Numbered from the stretch's first letter, positions 19,038 to 29,613 are shown. The stretch: DNA of 64,000 bases from Dehalococcoidia bacterium (GCA_030610855.1 JAUWQY010000001.1:1628-65627); one strand, 5' to 3'. Numbers and translations: made by a program. Notes: generated by a model from the sequence alone, not told the origin.

Positions 19038-19310
19038 GTGTCAAATATCAAGTCGGGTAACAAGGCAGCCAGGACGGCAGAGAGAAAGCGGCTTCGGAAC
19101 CGCTTAGTGCGCCGTAGTCTTAAGACCTACCTGACTAAGGCGAAAGTCGCAGCTGATGCCGGGGAAGAATCGGCACATCAGAAGACGATGACGGCCATAA
19201 GCAGTGTAGATAAGGCGGTGAGCAAAGGAATCATTCACAGGAACAAAGGCGCCAGGATTAAGTCCTTCTTGATGAGCATGTTAGGTAAGGAACACGGAGC
19301 GACTAACTGA
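19038..19310 (+). CDS. rpsT: 30S ribosomal protein S20
   Basis: MSNIKSGNKAARTAERKRLRN...KGIIHRNKGAR is S20-like. GTG start directly after the relA stop, with GGGGG 6 nt upstream. Confidence 0.8.
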   Translation: MSNIKSGNKAARTAERKRLRNRLVRRSLKTYLTKAKVAADAGEESAHQKTMTAISSVDKAVSKGIIHRNKGARIKSFLMSMLGKEHGATN

Positions 19311-19317
19311 TACAGAG

Positions 19318-19599
19318 ATGGCTATTAAGCCGCTTTCAACAGAGCAGGAACGAATTATCAACTTCGTCACCGGCTTTCTGCATGGCAGAGGCTATCCGTC
19401 TACGATTAGGGACATTGCGGCTGGATGCGGAATAAGCTCTACCTCAGTGGTGGCTTACAATCTGAAGAAACTGGAACAAGCGGGATACATCCGCCGCCAC
19501 AGCGATATATCTCGAGGAATCAAGTTCCTGACCCCGAGGCAAGAAGGAGGCAACGTTGTTAGTATTCCCGATGAAACCCATTTATGCCACTCCGGATAA
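19318..19599 (+). CDS. LexA N-terminal DNA-binding-domain-only protein (no S24 peptidase domain)
   Basis: 93 aa. STEQERIINFV...GYPSTIRDIAAGCGISSTSVVAYNLKKLEQAGYIRR matches the LexA winged-helix domain. The ORF stops before any peptidase region. Confidence 0.6.
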   Translation: MAIKPLSTEQERIINFVTGFLHGRGYPSTIRDIAAGCGISSTSVVAYNLKKLEQAGYIRRHSDISRGIKFLTPRQEGGNVVSIPDETHLCHSG

Positions 19600-19722
19600 C
19601 GTCGAGATTCAGGGGCGGGTGGTGGCTGTGATTCGACGTGTCCCATAGCTTGGGAAATGCAGCACCACAAAGGGAATTGTTTGAGAACGGTCCGGTTCCT
19701 TACTTCTGATTTGTAGTTTAGT

Positions 19723-20286
19723 GTGATGTTATCCCAATTCCAAGCGGTAGGGCAGGCTCTCTTTACTCAAGGGCTGGTCTTCTCCCAGGGAGGTAACCTT
19801 AGCATCAAGCTTGGGGAGCATCTAGTTATTACCCATCGAGGCAGCACCTTGGGCTTCATTCAGGAAGGGGACTTGGTGGAGACGGGGATAAGCAAGAACA
19901 ATCGGGCTACGCCCCTGGCTTCGAAGGAGTTGGAAATTCATCGCTGTATCTACAAGAACACTCCAGCATTGGCAGTGGTCCATGCACATCCTCCTTATGC
20001 CGTTGCCTTGTCATTCACGGAAGAAGAGATCGTGCCCTGCGATTTGGAGGGGCAGGTCTTGTTGTCCAGGGTACCTGTCTTAAGCACGGATGCGATGGCA
20101 AAGCTCGAAGACCTTGCGGGGGAGATAGCCAGGCTACTGAACGAGTACAGGGTCGTTCTGGTGCGGGGTCACGGGAGCTTTGCAGTCAGTCAGTTATTGG
20201 AGGAGGCCTATTACTACACATCTGCCCTGGAACAGAGCTGCCGCCTCCTTTACCTGCTGAAGACTCTGAGGGTAGTCCCGGGGTGA
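19723..20286 (+). CDS. class II aldolase/adducin-family protein
   Basis: GNLS and HAHP motifs. About 185 aa. Confidence 0.8.
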   Translation: MMLSQFQAVGQALFTQGLVFSQGGNLSIKLGEHLVITHRGSTLGFIQEGDLVETGISKNNRATPLASKELEIHRCIYKNTPALAVVHAHPPYAVALSFTEEEIVPCDLEGQVLLSRVPVLSTDAMAKLEDLAGEIARLLNEYRVVLVRGHGSFAVSQLLEEAYYYTSALEQSCRLLYLLKTLRVVPG

Positions 20287-20305
20287 CCGTCGCTTAAGGA
20301 TTCGC

Positions 20306-21238
20306 CTATAACCCTGCTGATTCAGGCGAATACAGGTAATACCAATCAGAGTACTCGGGGGTTTTCCCCAGCATCACCTGGGCGAAGAGCTTCTGTAGTG
20401 CGGCGGTTACCTCGCCAATCTTGCCCGTGCCCACCGGGCGACGATCGATTTCCAATATAGGGGCTACGTCGGATGCTGTCCCGGTGAAGAAGCACTCTTC
20501 AGCCACATAGAGTTCGCTTCTGTCAACCGGCCTTTCAATCGTATCTATGCCTAACTCGTTCTTAGCCAGCTTCATGACCGTGTCCCTGGTAATGCCCATA
20601 AGGATGTTGTCGTATGAGGGAGGAGTTATCAGTCTCCCCCCCAGAACAAGGAAGATATTCTGGCCGCTGCCTTCGGAGACATGCCCGCCCTGGGTCAGCA
20701 GTATTGCTTCGTCAAAGCCGTTCTCAAGGGCCTCGGTCTTAGCCAGGGCGCTGTTTACATAAAGGCCACAGATCTTGCCCCGAGGCGGAATCATGTTGTC
20801 ATCCACGCGATGCCACGATGAGACGCAGCAGCGAACACCCTTCTCTGTATCAAGGTAAGTAGGAAATGTTGCCACGACAATGAAGAAGTCGTCGTCCAGA
20901 TTGTGGAGACGGATGGCCAGGTTCTCGGAGCTCTTGTAGGCTAGAGGGCGGATATACACGTCTTCCCGGTAGCCGCTTCTTGCCAGAAGCTCCGATGTCA
21001 ACTGGCAAAGCTCATCAACTGAGTAGGGAAGATTCATCTTCAGGATGCGACAGGACTCAAGCATGCGTTTATAGTGGTCCCGGACTCTAAAAAGGCAGAA
21101 CTGTCCCCGATCGCTATCCCAATTGCCGCGAATCCCCTCGAAGCAAGCGGTGCCGTAGTGGAGAGCTTGCGTCAGGATGCCGATCTTCGCCTCGGATAAC
21201 GGCATGAACTGCTTATGGAAAAAGGCATAAGGCGGCAT
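20306..21238 (-). CDS. ilvE: branched-chain amino acid aminotransferase
   Basis: Full-length class-IV aminotransferase-like sequence of typical 310-aa size. Confidence 0.85.
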   Translation of the reverse strand: MPPYAFFHKQFMPLSEAKIGILTQALHYGTACFEGIRGNWDSDRGQFCLFRVRDHYKRMLESCRILKMNLPYSVDELCQLTSELLARSGYREDVYIRPLAYKSSENLAIRLHNLDDDFFIVVATFPTYLDTEKGVRCCVSSWHRVDDNMIPPRGKICGLYVNSALAKTEALENGFDEAILLTQGGHVSEGSGQNIFLVLGGRLITPPSYDNILMGITRDTVMKLAKNELGIDTIERPVDRSELYVAEECFFTGTASDVAPILEIDRRPVGTGKIGEVTAALQKLFAQVMLGKTPEYSDWYYLYSPESAGL

Positions 21239-21565
21239 CTTGCTTCCCTCTCTACTTGCTCCAAACGAATCTGATCACAATTATACTGTAGCCTTAACCT
21301 CAAAACAAGGTTCTGCCTTTGGGCCTCTCATCGAGAGTAGACCAACGGACGTGAACACATAATGCCGGAACGCCAGCTGACCCGAGTGCAAAGGGATAGC
21401 CGCTGGTTTTTCTGCCACCGTGTACAGTAGCTGTGCCAGGCAACGTTGCCAGATTTGCTCTCTGCTGTTCCTCTCGCCCGACGTCCAGGGAGTGTACCAT
21501 GAGATGGTCGACTTCATCGTCAGCCAACTGGTTTTCACAGGTTTGCTCAGAACAACCTGCCCGGT

Positions 21566-22336
21566 TCAGATTGCCTTTACCCATTCAACCGCGTTTACGA
21601 AGATCTGCAGGCCGTCCCCACAATTCCGCGGGGTCTCTCTGCCCCACCTTGGGTGCTGTGTCCAGCGGACAAAACGCTCAGGATGCGGCATCAGTCCGAA
21701 GATACGTCCGGAGGCATCACATATGCCAGCTATGTTGCCGAGTGAACCGTTCGGGTTATGAGGATACCCGGCCGAAATCCCTCCTTTTTCATCAGCGTAG
21801 TACAGAACTGCATTCAAGCTCTCCGGTACACCGGTTGCAGCAAACACCTTACCCTCTCCGTGGGCAACGGGAAGATACATATTGCCTATGCCCCTGGTGA
21901 AAACACAAGGAGTTGTTTCGTTAATGCGCAGATGAACCCAACGGCATTCGAACCTTCCCGAATCGTTGGCGGCAAGCGTCAACGACTGGGGATTTGCGTC
22001 CCCGCATCCCGGCAGGATGCCGGCCTTCAACAGCACCTGGAAACCGTTGCAGATCCCCAGGATGAGCTTTCCATCATCGACAAACCTGCGAATGTCCTCG
22101 TCGAGCTTCAGCCTCAGTTCATTGGCCAATATCTTCCCGGCTGAAATATCATCGCCATAGGTGAAGCCCCCGGGTATCACCATTATCTGGAAAGAGGAAA
22201 GCAGCTTCTCCTCGCGCACGAGTTCACTAATCTGCGCGGATTCCACTACTGAGCCAGCCAGTTCAAAGGCAAACGCCGTCTCCGCGTCACAGTTGGTGCC
22301 GGCGGCGTGCAGTATTAGCGTCCTTACTTTAGCCAT
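21566..22336 (-). CDS. purQ: phosphoribosylformylglycinamidine synthase I (glutaminase subunit)
   Basis: GATase motif GICNGFQ. Histidine near the C-terminus. Adjacent to purL. Confidence 0.9.
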   Translation of the reverse strand: MAKVRTLILHAAGTNCDAETAFAFELAGSVVESAQISELVREEKLLSSFQIMVIPGGFTYGDDISAGKILANELRLKLDEDIRRFVDDGKLILGICNGFQVLLKAGILPGCGDANPQSLTLAANDSGRFECRWVHLRINETTPCVFTRGIGNMYLPVAHGEGKVFAATGVPESLNAVLYYADEKGGISAGYPHNPNGSLGNIAGICDASGRIFGLMPHPERFVRWTQHPRWGRETPRNCGDGLQIFVNAVEWVKAI

Positions 22337-22348
22337 TAACTCAATATC

Positions 22349-25213
22349 CTACCAGCGGAGCGGTTTCTGCCACGCTTCCTTCAGTTCGGCAAGCGACGCC
22401 AGAAGAACCCTATTGCCTGAAATGCCATACACATCCAACCCTTGTTTGTTTGTCACCCGCCCGATGGCGGCGAAATCGACTCCGGTCATCATATTCTCAA
22501 ACTCAGTCTTGTGTTCCGGAGCCACCTCTACTAAAAAGCGCGTGTTAGATTCAGAGAAAAGAACGAAATCGTCTCGACTTATCGGTTCACCCAGCGGGAC
22601 CTCCCTTAGACAGATTTCCATTCCGAGCCCTCCGGCAAATGCCATCTCAGCAGCGGCCACCGCAATGCCACCCTCGCTGCAATCATGACAGGCCTTGACC
22701 AGGCCGTCCTCCACGGCTGTGCTAAGGGCATTCATAAGCTGCTTCCCTCTCCTGGGATTCACCTTGGGTACATTGTTTCCTATGTAGCCATGAATGCTGT
22801 AGTAGTGCGAACCACCTAGCTCATTCCAGGTGGCGCCAACGATGTAGATGAGATCGCCCTCTTGCTTGCAGTCCATTGAAATCGCCCTGTTCACGTTTGA
22901 TATCACTGACACCGCAGATATCAGAAGTGTAGGCGGAATACAAATGCTATCGTTTTCAGTCTCATATTCGTTGTAAAGGCTATCCTTACCCGAGATAAAC
23001 GGAGTCTCGTATGTAACTGCCATATCGTAGCACGCCTGCGCTGCTCTCACCAGGCCGCCCAGTCTGTCCGGCTTTTCTGGGTTGCCCCAACAGAAATTAT
23101 CGAGCAGTGCTACTCTTCGAAGATTGCCGCCGACGGCAATAATCTGCCTCAATGATTCATCTATGGCAGAAGCGGCCATCCAGTAGGGGTCGATATCCCC
23201 ATATTTGGGATTGATGCCGTTAGATACAATGATACCCATGTCGGAATCGAGCACAGGCCTGATAATGGCAGCGTCGCCGGGACCATCATTGCCTGTTCCT
23301 ACGAGAGGTTTGAGGACACTGCCGCCCTGTACCTCGTGATCATATTGGCGTATCACCCATTCCTTGGAGCAGACATTCCACGAGCCCAGAATCTGCAGTA
23401 AATCCTCCCGCAGGTCAGAGGGTTGAGAAAAGTCTGGCTCCGAGAAACGCGGCGCGTCCCAAACTGCTTCGCGCTCAATCTGCGGCAGACCACCATGCAG
23501 GAATTCCATATCAAGGTCGCCAACGGAATTTCCGTCATAGAAGAGCTGGAGACGTCGGTTTTCAGTGAACTCACCAATGACCGTAGCTTCCACATCTCGG
23601 CTCCGGAAAAGGGCAGTTAGCTGCTCAATGCTGCTTTGCGGAACGGCGAGCACCATTCGCTCTTGGGATTCGGACAACCATATCTCCCTGTACGACAGCC
23701 CCAGATACTTCAAAGGGACTCGTTCCAAATGGATGCGTGCCCCTGTTTCTGCCGCCATTTCTCCTACTGCTGATGAAAGGCCTCCCCCACCACAATCAGT
23801 GATCCGCCGATACAGTCCTAAGTCTCGCGCCTTAATCAGAACATCAATCAGCTTCTTCTCCATGATGGGATTCCCTATTTGAACTGAGCTGGCAGAAACA
23901 CTCTCAGATTCTCTGGTAAGGTCAGCGGAAGCAAAGGTGACGCCATGAATTCCGTCACGCCCGGTTCTACCGCCCACGACCACGACCAAATCCCCCGGTT
24001 CCTGCTGGCGTATCTGACTCATGCCTGTCGGTATCAGTCCCACTGTTCCGCAGAAGACCAGCGGGTTTCCTATATATCGTTCATCAAAGAGTACGGTTCC
24101 GTTAAGCGTCGGAATGCCGAGGCGGTTTGCATAGTCGGCCACTCCGGCACGAACGCCTCTGAAAACGCGTCGAGGGTGCAGAACACCCTTAGGCAGCCTC
24201 TCATAAGGAAAGTCGGGTGGTCCGAAACAGAACACGTCAGTGTTCATGATAGGCTTGGCCCCCAGGCCTGTGCCCAGTACATCGCGGATAACCCCGCCTA
24301 TTCCTGTTGCCGCTCCTCCGTAGGGCTCCAATGCCGATGGATGATTATGTGTTTCCACCTTGAAGCAGATTGCATAACGACCATCGAAATCTATGACACC
24401 GGAATTGTCCTTGAAGACCGAGAGACACCAGGGTTTCTTCAATTCGTCGGTGGCCTTCATGATAGTGCTTCTGAGTAGATTGTCGATAGTAAGTTGACCA
24501 AGCTTGATTCTACTACTGAAGGTCTTATGCACACAGTGTTCAGACCATGTCTGAGCCAGAGTCTCAAGCTCGACATCGGTTGGATTGCGGCCTAGTTTGG
24601 AGAAGTGATCCTGAATCTGCTTCATCTCGCTTAAACTCAGCCAGAGCCCATCTTTACTCACCTCCATTAGCTGGCTATCATCGGCGCTCAGCAACTCGAC
24701 TCTGTTCAGGGTGAACTCATATTCTGCGGATGGCGCAGAGACCGCCTCATACTCGGTGACGATATGCTGGACAACGCTGTTAACCAGCAACTTGTCGCAG
24801 GTAGATTGAAACGCTTCGTCGGAGAGTGTTCCCCACAGCAAATACCTCTTTGTGGTTCTTACTGACTCAACGGTGGTGATGCCGAGATCACGAATTCCCT
24901 TCCTGATGCTCTCCTCCACAGGATCTATTACACCGGGATTGTAGGCAACCTCAACAGCACGAACACCGTGGTATGAGAGCCTTGCATTGGCTTCATAATA
25001 GGAATACTCTTCGACTACAGGATCAACCAGGAGTTCTTCGCAGATTCTTCTTACCTCGTTTTCGCCTAAGTCTCCCTCAATAAGGTATATGTCACTCACT
25101 CGCGCCTGCTTTACACTTGCGATGCCGAGGTCGAGTATATCCTTTCGCAGAGCTTCTCCTTTCGGGTCGGGGAAACCGTCCTTTATAGAGACTTCAACTC
25201 GATACAAAAGCAC
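22349..25213 (-). CDS. purL: phosphoribosylformylglycinamidine synthase II with N-terminal PurS-like domain(s) fused (PurS-PurL)
   Basis: 954 aa. The first ~80 aa (MLLYRVEVSIKDGFPDPKGEAL...) resemble PurS and a second weaker PurS-like repeat follows, then the PurL AIRS domains. GTG start at 25213 with GAAAGGAG RBS. Confidence 0.9.
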   Translation of the reverse strand: MLLYRVEVSIKDGFPDPKGEALRKDILDLGIASVKQARVSDIYLIEGDLGENEVRRICEELLVDPVVEEYSYYEANARLSYHGVRAVEVAYNPGVIDPVEESIRKGIRDLGITTVESVRTTKRYLLWGTLSDEAFQSTCDKLLVNSVVQHIVTEYEAVSAPSAEYEFTLNRVELLSADDSQLMEVSKDGLWLSLSEMKQIQDHFSKLGRNPTDVELETLAQTWSEHCVHKTFSSRIKLGQLTIDNLLRSTIMKATDELKKPWCLSVFKDNSGVIDFDGRYAICFKVETHNHPSALEPYGGAATGIGGVIRDVLGTGLGAKPIMNTDVFCFGPPDFPYERLPKGVLHPRRVFRGVRAGVADYANRLGIPTLNGTVLFDERYIGNPLVFCGTVGLIPTGMSQIRQQEPGDLVVVVGGRTGRDGIHGVTFASADLTRESESVSASSVQIGNPIMEKKLIDVLIKARDLGLYRRITDCGGGGLSSAVGEMAAETGARIHLERVPLKYLGLSYREIWLSESQERMVLAVPQSSIEQLTALFRSRDVEATVIGEFTENRRLQLFYDGNSVGDLDMEFLHGGLPQIEREAVWDAPRFSEPDFSQPSDLREDLLQILGSWNVCSKEWVIRQYDHEVQGGSVLKPLVGTGNDGPGDAAIIRPVLDSDMGIIVSNGINPKYGDIDPYWMAASAIDESLRQIIAVGGNLRRVALLDNFCWGNPEKPDRLGGLVRAAQACYDMAVTYETPFISGKDSLYNEYETENDSICIPPTLLISAVSVISNVNRAISMDCKQEGDLIYIVGATWNELGGSHYYSIHGYIGNNVPKVNPRRGKQLMNALSTAVEDGLVKACHDCSEGGIAVAAAEMAFAGGLGMEICLREVPLGEPISRDDFVLFSESNTRFLVEVAPEHKTEFENMMTGVDFAAIGRVTNKQGLDVYGISGNRVLLASLAELKEAWQKPLRW

Positions 25214-25541
25214 TCCTTTCTGTCTCTACCGTCTCAGCAGCATCAAATGTATTCCTACACATTCACATCGGCTGTTCTGCGGTGATCAGAAGACAGACGC
25301 ATGCCAAATGGGTCACACACTTCGGACAAACGATCATTAGTCATGAGGGCCAGGGCATATCCTCCTGAAGATGCTGCACCACATATCTTATCTTATCGAC
25401 CCGGCCTTTCTCAAGAGAAAGGATCGCCTGATCGGGTATGACGTCGGCATCCGTGGAACTGCAGAATGTATGGCCCTGGCGAGAAAGCTCTTCATATAGG
25501 AGCTCAGCGTTAACAATATCCCCACTGTATACTAATGCCAG

Positions 25542-26891
25542 CTATAATATCGGCAAGTATTTCTTAAGCTCATAGTCTGTCACCTGAGTTCGATAGTTAT
25601 CCCACTCAATTCTCTTGTTCTTGATGAAAGCCTCAAAAAGATGGCTGCCGAGTGCCTCGCGCACCACCTTGCTCTTCTCTGCCAGCATTATAGCCTCCAA
25701 GAGGCTAGCCGGTAGTGTTCCTATCCCTCGTTTGCGTCTTTCCTCGTCAGTCATGTCATATACGTTTTCCTCCACAGGGTCAGGAACTTCGTACGCCCTC
25801 TCGATTCCTTCTAATCCGGCCGCCAGGATTACGCTGAAGGCTAGATATGGATTGCATGCCGGGTCAGGCGACCTCAACTCAATCCTGGTTGATTTCTCTC
25901 TGCCGCGGCGATACTCCGGGACCCGGATGAGGTCGGAACGATTCTGCCTCGCCCAGGAGACATATACCGGCGCTTCGTAGCCTGAAACAAGTCTCTTATA
26001 GGAGTTAACCCATTGATTGGTAACCGCGGTGATTTCGGGAGCATGTTTGAGAAGTCCGGCTATGAAGCACTTAGCCGTCCTGGACAGGCAGTATGCATCA
26101 TCTTTGTCAAAGAAGGCGTTCCTATCACCGTTGAACAGCGACTGGTGGACATGCATGCCACATCCGTTCATGCCAAAGATGGGTTTGGGCATGAAAGTGG
26201 CGTAGACTCCGTGCTGTAGCGCGACTTGCTTCACCACCAGACGGTAAGTCATCACGTTGTCCGCCATAGTCAAAGCGTCGGTGTATCTCATGTCTATCTC
26301 GTGTTGGCTGGCCGCGCCTTCATGGTGGGAGTATTCAACGGCGATACCCATCTCCCCCAGGGCAAGAACTGTTTCTCGCCTTAGATCAGTGGCGCCATCC
26401 ATAGAGGTCATGTCGAAGTAGCCTCCTTCGTCCAAACCTTGTGTTCCCTTCGAATCCTGAAAGTAGAAGTACTCCAACTCAGGACCAACGTTGAAGGTAT
26501 ATCCCATGTCGGCCGCCCGCTTCAGATTTCTTCTCAGCACATATCTGGGGTCTCCCTCAAAATGCCCGCCGCGAGGTTTATGTATGTCACAGAACATCCT
26601 GGCTACAGCATTGTGATCTGTCGGTTGCCAAGGTAGTAACTGCCACGTGTCAGGGTCAGGCATCGCCACCATATCGCTCTCATCGATTCGGGCAAAGCCC
26701 TGAATAGAGGAACCATCAAATCCCATTCCTTGCTCCATGGCACCTTCCAGTTCCTCCACCGTAATGGCGAAGTTCTTCAGAATACCCAGGATGTCGGTGA
26801 ACCATAGCCTGATGAACTTAACGTTGTGTTCCTTGGCCATCCTCAGGACACAATCGGTGCCTTCTTCTCTACTTCTCTTATCCATTATCAC
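25542..26891 (-). CDS. glnA: glutamine synthetase type I
   Basis: NVKFIRLWFTDILG N-terminus and full GS catalytic domain. Confidence 0.9.
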   Translation of the reverse strand: MIMDKRSREEGTDCVLRMAKEHNVKFIRLWFTDILGILKNFAITVEELEGAMEQGMGFDGSSIQGFARIDESDMVAMPDPDTWQLLPWQPTDHNAVARMFCDIHKPRGGHFEGDPRYVLRRNLKRAADMGYTFNVGPELEYFYFQDSKGTQGLDEGGYFDMTSMDGATDLRRETVLALGEMGIAVEYSHHEGAASQHEIDMRYTDALTMADNVMTYRLVVKQVALQHGVYATFMPKPIFGMNGCGMHVHQSLFNGDRNAFFDKDDAYCLSRTAKCFIAGLLKHAPEITAVTNQWVNSYKRLVSGYEAPVYVSWARQNRSDLIRVPEYRRGREKSTRIELRSPDPACNPYLAFSVILAAGLEGIERAYEVPDPVEENVYDMTDEERRKRGIGTLPASLLEAIMLAEKSKVVREALGSHLFEAFIKNKRIEWDNYRTQVTDYELKKYLPIL

Positions 26892-27336
26892 CTCTTATAT
26901 GTGTTTGGCATTGGTTCAGAATGTACTTGCACGGCGCCTCAATGAAACATCGCCTCCCTTCCGTGGTCACTATTGTAGCACTTAAGACCATCCAGCGGCA
27001 TCAGATAGTTGAAAACTCTATGCGATTTTCCTGCATCCTGTACCCGCTCCCACTGCAACACGTCACCTCTCACCCCGACAACCCGGTGCCCGGATTGCAG
27101 ATCCCGAAGTCGCTCCACTCCGAATCCCAGACGAGACGCCATAATCCCCGATGTAGCGGCGAGAGCCTTCGACGCACAATCATAGATGAGGCGCTCTTGG
27201 GTGCTCGGGCGTCTTCTCCGCAGGATCGTAGTACTAATTCACTAGGCCAAACAGGACTAACGGGTGATTCCCCTCAATCTGGCTGACTGCTATCTTAAAG
27301 ATACTGCGACTGCATGATGCAACGGAGAGAGACGAT

Positions 27337-27933
27337 ATGAAAACAGTTGCTTCCACCTCCAGTAGTTATGAAACGAGGCTGGTGGCGAAGCTCCGCACGG
27401 ACGACAGCACAGCTATAGAGGAGTTCTATAACGTCTATAGGAGAAGACTCCACTATCTGGTACTGGAGCATGTGGACCGAGACCAGGGCTTAGCTGAGGA
27501 TCTGGTTCAGGAAGTGTTCTTTGCTGCCCTCGGTTCGCTGGACAGGTTCCGTGGTGACAGCCAGCTTTATACCTGGCTGCGCAGTATCGCATTTCACAAG
27601 ATAAACGACTATTACCGCCGCCAGGCGCGGGAGCCTAAGCCCGAGGAATCAACTCCCGAGATTCATGCCCTAAAGCTAGAGCAAGCCACCGGCGATGAAC
27701 AGGCGGCCCATAGTGCTATGGAATCAGAAGAGACTCGCCTCGAAGTTCGCCATGCCCTGGTGGACTTGCCTCGGGATTACCAGGACGTGCTGGTACTGAA
27801 GTACCTTGAAGAGATGCCGGTGATAGAGATAGGTCAGGTTATGGGCCGTTCGCCAAAATCGGTTGAGGGATTGCTCGCCCGAGCCCGGAAAGCGTTGCGT
27901 ACCAGTCTGGCCGCAAGCAACCATGCAACCTGA
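27337..27933 (+). CDS. ECF-subfamily RNA polymerase sigma factor
   Basis: Region 2 (DLVQEVFFAAL...) and region 4 (YQDVLVLKYLEEMPVIEIGQVMGRSPKSVEGLLARARKAL). No recognisable anti-sigma follows. Confidence 0.85.
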   Translation: MKTVASTSSSYETRLVAKLRTDDSTAIEEFYNVYRRRLHYLVLEHVDRDQGLAEDLVQEVFFAALGSLDRFRGDSQLYTWLRSIAFHKINDYYRRQAREPKPEESTPEIHALKLEQATGDEQAAHSAMESEETRLEVRHALVDLPRDYQDVLVLKYLEEMPVIEIGQVMGRSPKSVEGLLARARKALRTSLAASNHAT

Positions 27934-28184
27934 TTGTGGTCTCACACACAATCAGCCAGCGCAGTTCTCCCTTCAGATTACATAGTCTCCTGTCTTTCGT
28001 TGCGATGTTTCTTCCCCTGCCACTGCGAGCGCTTCCTCCGCGACTGGCAAGACCAACCGTCCAGTCTCGTCTCACATCAACGGGAGAAGGTGACAAGGTC
28101 CACTAAGAGGATGACTGGTCGCCTCCCAATCGGCGGGAGCTCCCAAGGGGCTCCCGCTTCGACGGGAGGAGGTAGGTGAAAAGA

Positions 28185-29210
28185 TCAGGGCAAAGATGAT
28201 GATACCGTTGCCGTTACCGCCTGGAAAGCATTGACCAGCCCCTCGCCCACACCATCTCCCATGATAGGAGTGCAACTACTCTCAATGGCCCAGCGCACCT
28301 CGTCATTGGCCATGCCGTTACCGCTGCTATCCTCAGCGACACTGAAGATCAGCGCAGCCACGCCTGAGACATGAGCCGCGGCTGTCGAGGTGCCGGTCCT
28401 ATAGCCATACTGATTCTGGGGCAACTCAGAGTAGATGTTAAACCCGGGACCTGCTACATCCACCCAATAACCATGGCTCGATAACAGAGCTAAGGAATCG
28501 CTCTTGTTGGTACCGGCTACGGCGAGGCAATTGGAGTAATAGGCCGGGTAGGAAGGCTCCGACCCGCCTCTATTGCCCGCCGCCGCTACGATTATTGCTC
28601 CCTGGCTCCAGGCATAGTTTATCGCTTCTTCCAGCTCCGGCGATGCTTTCATGGCTAGGCTTATGTTGATAACTCTCGCCCCGTGGTCCACCGCCCAGAC
28701 GATGCCCCTGGCTACCACCGCTGCCTCGCTCCTCCCCCTATCATCAGCCACCTTCACATTCATCAACCGGCATTCGGGAGCGATGGCGGCGATCGTGCCC
28801 GCTATGTGGGTCCCGTGCCCGTAAACGTCATCGCTCGTTGGGCTATCGGTGAAATTGACCTCGGACACCACTCTATCAGCCAGATCCTGGTTGTCTTTGC
28901 TAATGCCCGTATCCAGCACAGCCACAACAACCGACTGGTCTCCCCTGGTCACCTGCCAGGCCCGGGGTGCCTCAACTCTGCTCACCCCCCACCTCTCAGC
29001 CAGACAACAATCGTCTGGAGAATAGGTCGTCTGCAGAGCAGCACCATCGTCGGGGGCATCCTTATCATGGACACGCTCCGCATCATAGACTGGCAAGATA
29101 CTATGGGCGGATACGTCTCCTCTGGCAGGTAGCACGCCGTGTGCTGACGCAGCAATGAGTATCAGTGCGACCAGCATTAAAGCTATGGCTAAATGTCTTG
29201 GCTTCCTCAA
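28185..29210 (-). CDS. secreted subtilisin-like serine protease (peptidase S8)
   Basis: Signal peptide. Catalytic triad motifs VAVLDTG, HGTHIAG and GTSTAAAHVSG. Confidence 0.85.
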   Translation of the reverse strand: MRKPRHLAIALMLVALILIAASAHGVLPARGDVSAHSILPVYDAERVHDKDAPDDGAALQTTYSPDDCCLAERWGVSRVEAPRAWQVTRGDQSVVVAVLDTGISKDNQDLADRVVSEVNFTDSPTSDDVYGHGTHIAGTIAAIAPECRLMNVKVADDRGRSEAAVVARGIVWAVDHGARVINISLAMKASPELEEAINYAWSQGAIIVAAAGNRGGSEPSYPAYYSNCLAVAGTNKSDSLALLSSHGYWVDVAGPGFNIYSELPQNQYGYRTGTSTAAAHVSGVAALIFSVAEDSSGNGMANDEVRWAIESSCTPIMGDGVGEGLVNAFQAVTATVSSSLP

Positions 29211-29462
29211 TATCCATTATATATAGCAGCCGTCCAATCCAATGAGAATCACCCATGGGTACCGTTTCGGTCACATTCTTTCTAGTATTTAGTAATGTGC
29301 TCTTTTACCCAGGACTTGTTGACCAGGGACGTTTGTAACCCTGTGCATGATCGTGCACAATGCCCGCCATTCAAGGGAGAGTCCCTTCCCAATGTAGAGC
29401 CCATAAGGGGCTACCCTGCAGGAGGTTCGGGCCACCTGGAACATAAAGTGCCTTCCCTCAGG

Positions 29463-29496
29463 GTAGTGCCCCACTTCGATTGAATCGGGGCACTAC
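29463..29496. other. strong hairpin (10-bp stem GTAGTGCCCC/GGGGCACTAC, 14-nt loop) in the divergent intergenic region
   Basis: Perfect inverted repeat. Function unknown. Confidence 0.3.
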
Positions 29497-29556
29497 AGAA
29501 CTGCCTCTTCCTCTCGATTGCTGAAGACTGATAACTGCGTGCTTCACTCGGGATTT

Positions 29557-29582
29557 GGTACTGGTACTTTCTAACCAGTACT
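29557..29582 (+). promoter_or_regulatory. GGTACTGGTACT repeat plus inverted CCAGTACT immediately upstream of a -35 box
   Basis: Same 12-mer as at 2032-2057, in the sense orientation relative to the downstream surface-protein gene. It sits at about -40 to -65 of the promoter below, an activator-site position. Confidence 0.45.
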
Positions 29583-29584
29583 AT

Positions 29585-29613
29585 TTGACAGACCACAAGT
29601 GCTCTGCTAACAT
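29585..29613 (+). promoter_or_regulatory. sigma70-like promoter TTGACA-17 nt-TAACAT driving the surface-protein gene
   Basis: Perfect -35, 17-nt spacer and a 4/6 -10. The implied leader to the 29825 ATG is about 200 nt. Confidence 0.4.

Noticed and set aside
25214-25541. Possible purine/ZTP riboswitch in the 328-nt leader of purL, and T-box upstream of ilvE or hisS
   Set aside because: None of the conserved core sequences I remember for these elements (purine riboswitch junction, ZTP pseudoknot, T-box AATTAGGGTGG-like) could be found by eye. Only a covariance-model search would settle it.
27934-28179. 81-aa ORF immediately after the ECF sigma gene as a possible anti-sigma factor
   Set aside because: TTG start with no SD. 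No TM helix, no HxxxCxxC ZAS motif, and non-protein-like composition.
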